A DNA stretch of 62,398 bases, the filler included, from Sphacelaria rigidula (Eukaryota): assembly GCA_964200075.2 (NCBI GenBank). It is 6 parts of 6 records of this genome, joined end to end, with 100 filler letters (N's around TTAATTAATTAA, not from the genome) between each part and the next. Parts side by side here need not be neighbours in the genome. Positions count along the whole stretch, not along the records: positions 1 to 10,317 come from CAXNAA020006731.1; 5 more parts are not named here. One strand, written 5' to 3'. Numbering within the stretch: position 1 is the stretch's first letter; each line of letters begins with the position of its first letter. Under the pieces are notes generated by a model. It was given only the letters and a program-made list of their open reading frames with translations, searched no databases and was not told the origin of the DNA. A program made the translations under genes and the position numbers. This document shows positions 1 through 10,417 of the stretch, piece by piece.

Positions 1-696
1 GACCTCATGTGATTGCACACCATCAAGCGAGTTTGTAGAGCCTTATCATCCGACGGAATCCACAAAACATCACTCTTGGTAATACTCACGCAAAACAAAC
101 TATCATCAGCTTGACCGTCAGTCGTGGGAAAAGAATGGACACCGTCGTCGACTGTTTTGCGCTGCGCGGTACGAATGACATCTAACGAGGGCAGCGAATC
201 ATCGGCATCACACGGGCTGTGCGCGACAACATAACGAACAGGCACGGTAGGAACCTTCACCAAGCGAGACAACACATCTCCCCAACAATGTTGCTCTCCA
301 GAAATGTGTTCAATGACATACCGATATTGTTGGGTTCCCAGCAACTCCAGCATGTCTTCTTGGCTTGGCATCACCCCCGGAGACCGTTCCACTTGCGCGT
401 TCACCGCCTCATGGTCGCTGATCGAACGGAATGTGTCCCGCTTCGGCACCGCCATCAACGGACTCGCCCACACAGCCTGGATGTTCCAAATCACTAAACC
501 AAACGCCACCAAAGCTCCGATGCATGAGGCAAGCCACCCGGTCTTCACCGGATCATATCGTCTGGGCTTGGCCTCCACCGCCTTTGCCTAGGGCTTAAGC
601 TGCACCTTCATGGCCTCTACGCGCGCTGGCGGATCACCACGCAGCGCACGGCGAGATATATCTACGCGACGAGCCAACATATGAAGCAGACACTGC

Positions 697-878
697 TGTA
701 ATGCGTGAGAGGACCGCGTGCTTAGAGGACCGCGCCTTAGTTCAGAATACCTCAGGATCGACGGTTTTTAATACCAATCGGGTCAGTCCCTGGAGGTACC
801 ACGCCCCTGACCATAAGACTAACACTAACCCTGACCCTGACCCTAACCCTAGCCATAGGGATGTTCAAATTCCGATGC
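697..878 (+). mobile_element. Telomeric-repeat-bearing MITE, copy 1 (right TIR missing)
   Basis: Starts TGTAATGCGTGAGAGGACCGCGTGCTTAGAGGACCGC with an internal CCCTGA/CCCTAA array. Matches 52625-52835 up to TTCCGATGC, then reverts to Ty3 pol sequence. Confidence 0.9.
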
Positions 879-1969
879 TACCGGGTATGACAGCGAAAGT
901 AATGGGCTGCAAGGATACAGCCCCGCACGGTGTACGCACGCTGACAGTAGTTGGAACCGTTTTATGTGTAACCGTCACGGGAGCACCAGTGGTGGTCTGC
1001 GCCGTTTGCGGTCCGATTTCCGACGGAATCTGAAGCTGAGCGCCGCCAAACTGCGAAGACATTTGCTCAAGCAACCCCACACCGACCGACGTGAGCGCGG
1101 ATCCAGAATTCAGAATAACGCGGGCCATGAATGAACCTACAGAACCAGGCAAGGATAGATCTGCGCGTGACCATTCAGCCTTGCGATCGACAGGTACCAC
1201 GCCTGCCGAAGAACCCTGTTCGGTGCCAATACTTACCTAAACCCCAGGGCTGCCCTCCAGCACTTGGCATCGATAGTTGCGAATCGTCGGTCCAACCAGA
1301 CCAAGTCGACGAATATGCAGACGGCGCTGTTACAGCCGTCGTAGCCGTAGGAAATGCACCAGTCACGGATCCTGCCTGGCCGATGGGTTGCGAGCCGTCG
1401 CTCCAGCACTCCCTGTTGGAATATATATGTGGCTATCGTGGCTTGTGTATAAAATACATAGTGTTCAACTGTCAACCTGACAGGAATGGTTGGTTCAACT
1501 GGTGAACCCAGCTCTGACAAGAGAGCTCGCAGAGGCTGCATAGTGTTGGATAAACAATTGCTTGTGCGATGAGAAAAAATATGTTTGAGCTTGCCGTTTA
1601 TCCGGGCGTTACTCAAATCAAACATAATCCGTCTCTACCCCATATAACACTGATGACAAGCTGGTAGGCTTCCTTGAGGTGGGTCGCTTTGGAGAGTAAA
1701 TAGCGTGGGGCTATTTCACTCTGTCGACGAAACTCTTGGACACTATGAAACTAATTATTCAAACTGTTGATACCTTAGACTCTTCGTACTCAACTCCTCA
1801 GTCATCTGAAAATATGCAAACTTTCTGTATACGAGCTCTACAGTGCATAAGTGGCTCATTATTCTGCGACGAATATCGTACTTCGTTAGTACTACGATCT
1901 TTGTTCTAACGATGAACCGTAACTGATTTTACCGCTGATTCGAGTGTGTATATTCGAAACTGTTATATC

Positions 1970-3035
1970 TCAAATTCCAACACTCTCCACCGAAGTGTCA
2001 GCCTTTCCAACGTACACAGTCCGCCTTGCTACGTACGAACCAAACGATTCAGAGTTACCACCTGATGACGTAGTGGAAGAAACGGCAGCGGAGGAACCAC
2101 CATTCGCCGCCGATTGCTTGCTACCGCAGCCGCCGCAGCCGCGTCCCTGGTTGGAACGGCTCCGTCCACCGTGACGACCGCCCAGAGATCCTGACGAATC
2201 TCGCGCATTGCCCTGTGCAGTGCCTTGAGCGCGAGGCTTGGGGCAGTCCTTGATCACAAGTCCGGTGTCGCCGCAGTTGTAACACGAGCGAGTGGACGAC
2301 GCTCGCGAAAACGGCTGCTGTTTCTGTTGCTGTTGCTGCTTGCGGCGAGCATTACCTGCACTTGTTGCAGAATCGCGCCGGCTATGTGCCTCAATGAATT
2401 TCCACTGGTCGGCGGCATCAAACATTTGTTGAACACCGCTGTCAGGTTCTTTTTCCAGCCGTCAACATACGTTAGTACACTTCTAACATACGCCTTGAAT
2501 TCCGGAGGCGAACTCCCGTCCACCAAAGCTGTAAAAACCGACTCGGCCGGGCCTAGCAACCAACTCCTGCCCTCCGCACGGTACATGGCTTGCACCGTAA
2601 GGTTTTCTGCAAAAAAAACTTTTTCATCGATGAATTGACGATCATCGCACGATCTTGGACAGATTTCCCATCGCTTTCTGGCATAGTAAAGACTTTGAGT
2701 AGATTTGCTGCAGCCCACGCAGCGTCATGCTTTCCGCCGGTTGTGATGTACCCGGCATGCTGCTTCACAGCATCAGGCAGTTCGTCGGGGGTTATAGCCC
2801 GACGGTCCTTGTACATATATTCGAAACACCGATGAATGTATGCAGGGATGAGTTGACCTGTGCTCACCCTCTCATGCCTCACAACTCCTTGGGCATTTGG
2901 GAGATTCAAACGCTGCATGTGGTCGATATATGCTGCGAAAAAAACGCTTGAGGCCGCCTTCGTCCACACTTCGCCATACTTAGGCGGTTCTGACGGCTCA
3001 CCTAGCACCAGCGGTGTTGCCGCTGCTTGAGCCAT
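1970..3035 (-). pseudogene. gag: Frameshifted gag with degenerate CCHC zinc knuckle
   Basis: Three overlapping ORFs in different frames (2553-3035, 2254-2718, 1970-2425). The CX2CX4HX4C knuckle has L in place of H, followed by a G/R-rich tail. Confidence 0.8.
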
Positions 3036-3624
3036 GTCGACTAGACTTCAGCACTTCACGGCGACACTCTTGCCTGACTTGTTCGTCCTCCAGCCCACGG
3101 AGTGTCCCCCACTGCTGTGCGCTTCAAGTTGACCCCCTCCTGTCTGCGGGCTAGACTCCTAGCTGCAGCCCACTTTCTCCTCAGCAATACTCCTCTAACA
3201 GAGTGCCGCAAGAATATCTAAATATTGTAGCCTCTGCCAGACGATCTGGACAAGAGGACTTTCAACGAGGGACGCCTCCAGTAGCACTGGCCTCGTGCTC
3301 GACAAGTCCTTTCTTTTCACTTGTTATTATCCCGGAGTGATCCAGAAACAGACCACATCATGAGCCAGACAGCAAGGGGCCACATAGGTATGGGCCATCA
3401 ACCCAGGGTACCCTGTGCCCTGCCACTGCTCCAATCATGCATGCGATTATACTGAAACCCATGGCTTGGTATCATTTGGCTACATGCCACAGGGGCAGTT
3501 CTGTCCTTCTACTTCCTCGTCCTTTCAACGACTGGTATATCTCTTTCTAAAGTGCTAGCGTCGGTAGGTTTTGCTAAAAGTAAGCAGATAATAAAATACA
3601 AAACAGTGCCCAAGTAGTGTTACG

Positions 3625-4509
3625 CAGTGTTATTGGGCGATATGATATATGAGCAGATACCCCGTTTATAAGGAGGGTAGTATTGACCGCGAAACACAGT
3701 TATTCGGCTCTGGTGCAGTGAGTAGGTAGAATTTCGAAAAAATAGAACTGCACACTTCTCTACGACAACGATCGGAACAGGCTCAATCGACCTAAAATTG
3801 CAAAGAGTCAGAATTTGTGCTGAAATATTGCAGGTCCCCCGATGACCGGTCAGCCCGGAAGTCACCCAATGTTGAGTACAAATGCTTTTTGTTTTCATTA
3901 AATGTGGAGCGGATACAAATATCTTCAAATCTTCAATGTGATGGACGGTGACAAGTGACAAGCGGAAGAGCGTGAGAAAATCGCCGATGACGAAGAAATT
4001 AGAAAAAGAACGGTTCAGGTTCCCACTACTATCTACTACTCCGGAGTATAGTTTTTATTTTCTATTTTTGACATCCTGTGTTTGGTAGGGATAGGTGCAA
4101 GATTTGAACAGCAGCTGTTCACGTAATCACGAACACCATTTCCTATCACGCATAAAAACTCTTTGTCACCAGTCGTCAGCCACTGTGCTGTAAAGTTCGA
4201 CAGGTGTTGCACGGGTGCGGAGTGCGGAGTGCGGAGGTGTAAGATTGAACCTTGCCGTTACCGGCAATGGGTGTGTTCGAGAGCATTCATCACCCACCAC
4301 ACACGAAACAATCGGCAACAACGCCGAATTCACCTGCGTTTCAATGATTTGGAGGCGTTTTCCCTTGCTTATCCGGTGACACCGATTTTCTGGTGAACCG
4401 GTTAAACCGGCTGAAAAAAACCCGGTTTAACCGGTTTTTTGTCTTTCAAAATAACGCCTCCTTGTCCGGTAACCGGTTTTTCGATTTTCCTATCCGGTGC
4501 CCACCTCTA
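3625..4509 (+). mobile_element. 3' part of a hAT DNA transposon (decayed dimerisation-domain exons plus right end)
   Basis: Decayed YW...RYP...IDRETQLFGSGA, then GTGAG (~3718); after AG (3833) reads RSARKSPNVEYKCFLFSLNVERI, resembling the hAT C-terminus. Subterminal AACCGG/CCGGTT repeats at 4370-4500 end in GCCCACCTCTA (reverse complement TAGAGGTGGGC, a hAT-like TIR). Left boundary approximate. Confidence 0.65.
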
Positions 4510-4778
4510 GATTGCGCACAGAACAAACGTTTGGCGTCGAAAAAGGCGAAAATCCAATTGTCTGTACCAGCGTTGGTACGTGAAAGTAGTACAACTCAAA
4601 CGTGTTCAGGTTGCGGCATCAAGTGCAAACTATAACTGTATTATCCCGGCACAAGCTGATGAACGACTGGCGGTGTTCAATGAACATTTTAGATGAGCTC
4701 CAAAAGATCGTGTGGCGTAAGGCAGCACAAAAACTTCTACAAAGCTTCGGATGTAGACCGCAAGATCGGACTGCGTAA
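4510..4778 (+). pseudogene. Decayed TnpB/Fanzor-like RNA-guided nuclease C-terminus (Zn ribbon plus RuvC-III-like motif)
   Basis: Reads KRLASKKAKIQLSVPALVRESSTTQTCSGCG, fitting the TnpB/Fanzor pattern L.yKA......V.E..TS.TCS.CG. After frameshifts it reads YNC and LMNDWRCSMNIL, resembling RD.N(A/G)(A/S).NI. 5' side cut by a hAT end; contains stops and frameshifts. Confidence 0.6.
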
Positions 4779-4797
4779 TACAGGGCGAAAGCTTGTT
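4710..4797 (+). ncRNA. Candidate omega-RNA (guide scaffold) remnant: four consecutive tetraloop hairpins
   Basis: GTGTGGC-GTAA-GGCAGCAC (4710-4728); CTACAaagC-TTCG-GaTGTAG (4737-4756); GACC-GCAA-GATC (4756-4767); ACAGGGC-GAAA-GCTTGT (4780-4796). Overlaps the 3' end of the TnpB/Fanzor-like frame. All four stems are imperfect. Confidence 0.5.
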
Positions 4798-4974
4798 ACA
4801 CAACGGAGTTGGGACAACGTACGTATATGAAACAGATCGCTCTGCTTCGCATCACACTTCCAATTTCCCTATTCTTTCTCACATTGAAATGGAATGGAAA
4901 AGGGACAGAAGAGACAGGCGCCCTCAATGAAGAAAAGCAAGAACGGCATACAAGCAGAAGAAGGGACGGAAAGA

Positions 4975-5418
4975 AAGTAAGGGCCATAGATTGACGATGA
5001 CAATTCTTTCGCGGATCGCACCACGCAAATTCCAGATTTTATCGTTCTAGTCCGAGTGACGTCCTTCCACGTGCGCAAGGGTGCGCAGGAAGGCGAAGCT
5101 GAGACCGGAGTCGTCGCTCGGCAAGTTTCCGCTTGGTTCTCTCGATCTATCCCTGGCCACTACTTGTAAATCCGTCTTCACGTACACGTACAACACGTGC
5201 CTCCCAGAATGCCAGCGGGCATCGAACGAGGCAAACGCGCTAGTGCCACCCCCAGTAGTGCAATCGTACTTGAGCCATTTCCACTGCAAACGGAACTGCG
5301 TGACGTAGAGGGCGCCCACCCAGATGAGTTACGCAACCGAGATCAAGGAGTACTCTACGCCTAAAGAGAGAGTCTCGGACGCGTCGCGGGGAACGCCAAC
5401 GACTGCGTCGACGGCATG
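4975..5418 (-). pseudogene. Unidentified decayed coding fragment
   Basis: About 145 codons readable with two stops (…LIWVGALYVTQFRLQWKWLKYD…AFLRTLAHVEGRHSD*NDKIWNLRGAIRERIVIVNLWP). Family not recognised. Confidence 0.3.
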
Positions 5419-7029
5419 TGCATGTAGTACTGCGCGTGTACACGTCGTGGTCTGTTCGCATTATGATGCTTCGTCACTTTTGGGGGTGGTGGGTGAACTC
5501 AAAAATGTGTTCGTTTTTAGACTGGCGGATCTGCTCAAACGTTGTATGGAACTGGTTCCATGGTACAGGCAGATATACGCCGGCCGGAAATGAACTATAT
5601 TTCTAGTACATCTATTCACGCAAAAAGTATATCCCCTATATAGCTGGATCCTTATTTCCACTGTGACCTTTTATCATGATCGATCCCGCCTTGTTTTTTT
5701 TCTAATTCGGGAGCCCACATTTTTTTAATCAGCTGCCCATTACGGATGTTTTCAAACAAAGTGGGTTCGGGTTACGAGCACAACCAGAGCCAAGTTTTTG
5801 AATTTGAGAGCACCACCTCTACAAACCCGCTCAGCGAGCAGGTGAACAGCACGCACATAGTTCACATGAACACAGCTACACGCATAGAAGGTCAGAAGGT
5901 TTGGAGGTTACAAACTGAGCCACCGGGGCGACCGGCATACAGCAGAGACAAACACAAAGAGGACCGACGGAGTATCGAAGTCCAGCCAGCACTAGTCAAT
6001 GTTGAGCACGACGGAAAACACCCACTTTGATCTTTCATTATCCGGTGGTGCCGTGGATGATATTTTTTTTATCGAGATGATGGGCACAAAACATACTGGA
6101 CGATTTAGACTTTACGGGAAAACGGTAGTACAATGAAGTGCCAGGGTGTTGCAGCAGGCAACAGTATTCACAATACAGGCCGTGGATTTTGCGAACAGTA
6201 CGACATTACAATTATAGTCTATGCTTCGCAAACACGACACAGCTGTAGCCTGTACTTGTTATCTTGTACTACTCCATTTCCGAGCACAGGCTGTACTCTG
6301 CCAGGTTACAAGCACGGGCTGTACTCGCGAGCACAGTAGGTAGCTGTGCTTTGCCAATACAGTACAGTATTATACCGTCTTCACTGTAGGGTTCGAGGTC
6401 ACATTCAGATGCACGTTCATGGCAGGGGATATGACTACTGACTACTGCCTGCACTACGGTACTACACGCGACGGCTTCACCTTGTTTACTGTGTTTGTGT
6501 TACTGCTGTGTACTGCACTCCGGTACTACGCGTGAAGGCTTCACCTTGTTCGAAAACATTCGTGACGGGCAGCTGATTAACAAAATGTAGGTCCCCGTAG
6601 GTGGATATACTTTTTGCGCATTTATTCAAGTCTGGGAGTGGTCGGTATTGAGGTGATTTTGTTCCTCCGGAAAGCTCGCTCCACATCAGTAGATGGACAA
6701 TCTTGTTGCACTAGAGAGTATCCTCCCTTTGTCTGTACCAGCCGGGAAGCATACGCTCCGAGCTGCCACCCCACGTTTACCGTCATTGCGAAGATAGTAA
6801 GACGAGCACGAACAGCAGCTGTTGTGGCCGCTACACACCAACGCAACTACAGTGAATGCGCATGGCGAGTATCCTTTGAAGTATCGAACTGCAGAGGGAG
6901 AGTTGAAAGAAGAAAGACAAAGCTGGCGGCTACTTCATGTCAGGGCTCCAGTGCAGAAAGATCCTCTAGATCTTGTTTGTATGCGGGGGGCTGTCAAGTG
7001 CCGTGGATCATCTGCACGAGAAGCAGCAA

Positions 7030-7312
7030 GTCAGCAGCAGCAGCAGCAGCAGTATATTCGTTGCCAGTAAATGTACGTGGCTGGGGGTGGGTCTGAATCA
7101 ACCGGCGCCTATGCTGCTGGTGCCGCTTCCGCTGCTCTTGATCGTAGACGGTCCGCGTTTCGACCGTGCGACAACACCCAGGCGCCTTACGAGTGATAGC
7201 CAACGTGCTGGACAGCGCTGACACACACACGAATCGGCTCCGGCTGATTTAGACCCACCCCCAGCCGCCTACATCTACTGGCAGTAAAGATGCTGCTGAT
7301 ACTGCTGCTGTT
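7030..7312. repeat. Inverted repeat with CAG/CTG-rich outer ends
   Basis: 7030-7109 (CAGn…GCCAGTAAATGTACGTGGCTGGGGGTGGGTCTGAATCAACCGGCGCC) pairs with 7236-7312 (GGCTCCGGCTGATTTAGACCCACCCCCAGCCGCCTACATCTACTGGC…CTGn); spacer ~125 bp. Confidence 0.85.
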
Positions 7313-7508
7313 GCTTCTTCTCCTTCTCGTGCGGAACGCGATTAGAACAGCGCGTGATTTCTCGTGGTGCTGCAGAACATCTGTGTTGTTCTCTGTTGAG
7401 TGTAGTACTCCGCCGCATCTCTCAACGTGCAGATCTGGGTTACAAGTTTTTGCATTTGAATACAGCCCGTCACGAGCGACCAGAAAACACGGCATCACTA
7501 TCTTGTCT

Positions 7509-7873
7509 GGTGTTGAGAGCAGTACTCTGCAGTTCATACACCACTGCAGAGTTGTCTGGTTTCGAGTGTACCACCCTGTAGTCAAGATAATGGGGTCATC
7601 TTTTGAGCAGTTTTCCAAAAGGTTCGCCGTGTGGTGTTGAGAGTAGTGCTCTGCAGTTCATACACCACTGCAGAGTTGTCTGGTTTTGAGTGTACCACCC
7701 TGTAGTCAAGATCATGGGGTCGTCTTTTGAGCAGTTTTCCGAAAGGTTCGCCGTGTGGTGTTGAGAGTAGTGCTCTGCAGTTCATACACCACTGCAGAGT
7801 TGTCTGGTTGTGCATGTACTACCCTGTAGTCAAGATCATGGGGTCATCTTTTGAGCAGTTTTCCGAACGGTTC
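7509..7873. repeat. Tandem repeat, 124-bp unit, ~3 copies
   Basis: GGTGTTGAGAG recurs at 7509, 7633 and 7757. Units are near-identical and each has the hairpin CTCTGCAGT-loop-ACTGCAGAG. Confidence 0.95.
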
Positions 7874-10317
7874 TGCTGTTTTTTTTAGAGGTTCTGCTGA
7901 GGTTTTTTCAAGTATTCCGAAAAAACGAGTGTTTTCTGTCACAGAAATCTATTGCCGAATCTGGAATAGCCTGAGACAACAACCAACTTGAAAATCGGAA
8001 CAAAGTTGAAGTTGTGCGCAGCAGGGGCAACGCTGAGGGCGGGTGCCAAAAAAAAGTAGTGCACAGGCGACGGCACTGCTTTCGCGTGCCGTCTGCTCCA
8101 AGTGAGCACGTAACGTAGGTCTGGAATGTTACAACGATGTAATATCGCGACGAAAATGTCTCGGAACAATAAATTATTATTTGGATCAATTAGAAAAAAC
8201 CTCACAGTCCGTTGTGCCGTATATTGTTACTGCCGACGGTGATGTACAGCGCTGCTCTACAGCTGTGCGAAATACACAAGAAGAGAAAAACAGCAAAGTA
8301 GCTACGAGTGACGTAGATCGCGACGCAGCGAAAGTGCCGGACCGGCTACAAATCTCGTGTTCATATATCCATAGCCACCTCTTCGGGAGCACGGGTTGTG
8401 TTACTCAGCGACCCGTGAACAAAAGATGCAACAGCCGTGTACGATCGATACTGAAATATGAAAGCGGCAGATTGCTGACTTGGCAAGGAGCTCAGGTCAG
8501 GAATAGCGGTTGATTATGAGCAACAGTGCACCCTGTGCACTGGTGTCCTGTAACGAACCTGCAGTAGAAGACTTGTCCTGTCAGATGAGAGAGGGCAACA
8601 AGATGAAATACGCGAGCCAGGGATGACTGGGCGTGCGACCGTGCTGTACTGAATCACCAGGGGATGTTGCGTTTTGCAGGCGGGACGTACTGATGTGCAA
8701 CGTGCGGGTGTAAATGTCACAAGAAGACACGATAACACGGCAAGGCGAGGCTGGCGTGCGATGCGCGTTGACCCAACGTGGCACAAGGTGTGCAGTCAAG
8801 CGCTGCAGCAAGCAGCAAGCAGCAAGAGCTGCAAGTCACGAGTACTATGTACGAGAGGACACACAGGGCAGAAGCTTTACAGTAGCTCAAGGACTAACTA
8901 TCAAGAAAGGCGTAAAGAGCTACACGAGCTAGGTTTGACCACTACTTGTACCTGAACCGAACAAAAACACGAGGGGAAAGAAATGGTCACAAAAGCTACG
9001 CGCGTGCAGCTCGACAAGCAGGGATGCAAATCGGTGTCAAGAAGGGAGACGCAATCGCAAAAGAAGCTCCTTACTCAAACGCCAAATGCAATGAGCGTGC
9101 GGTGCTGTTATAGCAGGCACAGGCTTACAATTCAAGCACAGGCTTACAAGGCAACGTGGACAATCAACAGATCAGGCCGGCACAAGCTCCCCACAGACGG
9201 CGTGTCAGGAAAAAAGTCTCACGCGCAGTTCTCTCTTTGTTATCTTGTCTCTACCTTCCAGTATCCAATTAATCAATCAAATCTCACGCTCAGTCAATCT
9301 GTCTCATCGGTGTTAGACTTCATTGCTGGAAGAGGATAGAAGATGGTAGTGTCGAAGGGTGGGAGCTTCATTTGTGCTGGGATGAACGAAGCTGACATCA
9401 TCTCTGCAATATACAAGTTCACACTCGTACCCGACCACCTTTGAACAGACCTGCAGTCTGGGATACCGGAATACCAGAAAAGCAAATAGTCAGACTCGAC
9501 AACGGGTCTACAGCGGCATAACAATAGGCTAATATGCGTCTCCATGACACGATTCAAGTATCGCATGCAACCAGGAAGGCACTGCACGTATACGGCACCA
9601 AGTGAACACACCAACTGAAAAGCTTCCCTTACCTCATTCTTTTTTTTTGGGCTGCCCTACCTCGCGGTTTCTCGGTTCGTGCTGCGTAACACCCTATTTC
9701 GTGGCCCGTGTCGAAGGGTAGATGGGGTCATCTTCTGTATTATTGAAGAGTGCCTTGACGGAGTCGATCCTATGATGAAGGGATCAGATGTGGTGTGAGG
9801 GCAAGCGGCAGTGTCGCTGCCGGCCTGAGGATGGTACTGTAGTCACTCACACTTGACTACCAGTACACGTGCGTCTGCACAAATCTATCTGCACATGTGC
9901 ATGTTCACTCAGTGAACCCGTTCACATGAACACCCCTACTGAACTGGTACATCAGTCGTCGTGGCTATCTCTCTCAAAACAAAAAAACGTTATAAGGGGA
10001 AAACCCGACCACCCGAGCAAACACCCCCTCCCCTCAACAGCGTGTGCTCCATCTAAAAAATCCATAGACGCCGGTAAAGTCAGGAAACGCCCTACAAAAC
10101 CCATGCCCCTCGAGGTAGCGTGGGTGGCTTAACCCAAAATTCGCATAAATGCGTCACCAACACGTGCAAATACCTGGAGCTAGCACGAGGGTACACACAA
10201 AAACGTACCTATTTGTCACCTTCCAAGTTCATGAAAAACAGCAAATTGTGCGAATTGAGGTGTAACTCTGAGATGAGGCTCAAGTGAGCAACCCGACTTG
10301 CGACCTGTTTGTAGCAG

Positions 10318-10417
10318 NNNNNNNNNNNNNNNNNNNNNNNNNNNNNNNNNNNNNNNNNNNNTTAATTAATTAANNNNNNNNNNNNNNNNNNNNNNNNNNN
10401 NNNNNNNNNNNNNNNNN
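10318..10417. other. Artificial scaffold spacer
   Basis: 44 N + TTAATTAATTAA (six-frame stop linker) + 44 N. Confidence 0.97.

Larger units (their letters stand above)
1..3035 (-). mobile_element. Decayed Ty3/gypsy LTR retrotransposon, internal region (gag, protease, partial RT, RNase H end, integrase start); truncated by the scaffold end
   Basis: Minus-strand order: gag-like ORFs (2553-3035, 2254-2718); degenerate zinc knuckle CYNCGDTGLVIKDC (1970-2425); protease-like ARVILNSGSALTSV (865-1200); RT N-terminus QAVWASPLMAVPK...SDHEAVNAQV (~380-480); RNase H end YRYVIEHISGEQHCWGDVLSR (~270-330); integrase Zn-finger start LQTRLMVCNHMR (~5-40). RT-RH-IN order is Ty3/gypsy. LTR not delimited. Confidence 0.88.

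Noticed and set aside
7509..7873. CRISPR array
   Set aside because: Whole 124-bp units repeat with no unique spacers; no cas genes; eukaryotic context.
8549..9148. Solo LTR (TGTAA…TTACA)
   Set aside because: No TSD at either candidate right end and no second copy in the window.
10362..10373. TTAATTAATTAA as a biological periodic motif
   Set aside because: Embedded in N runs; a standard six-frame-stop assembly linker.
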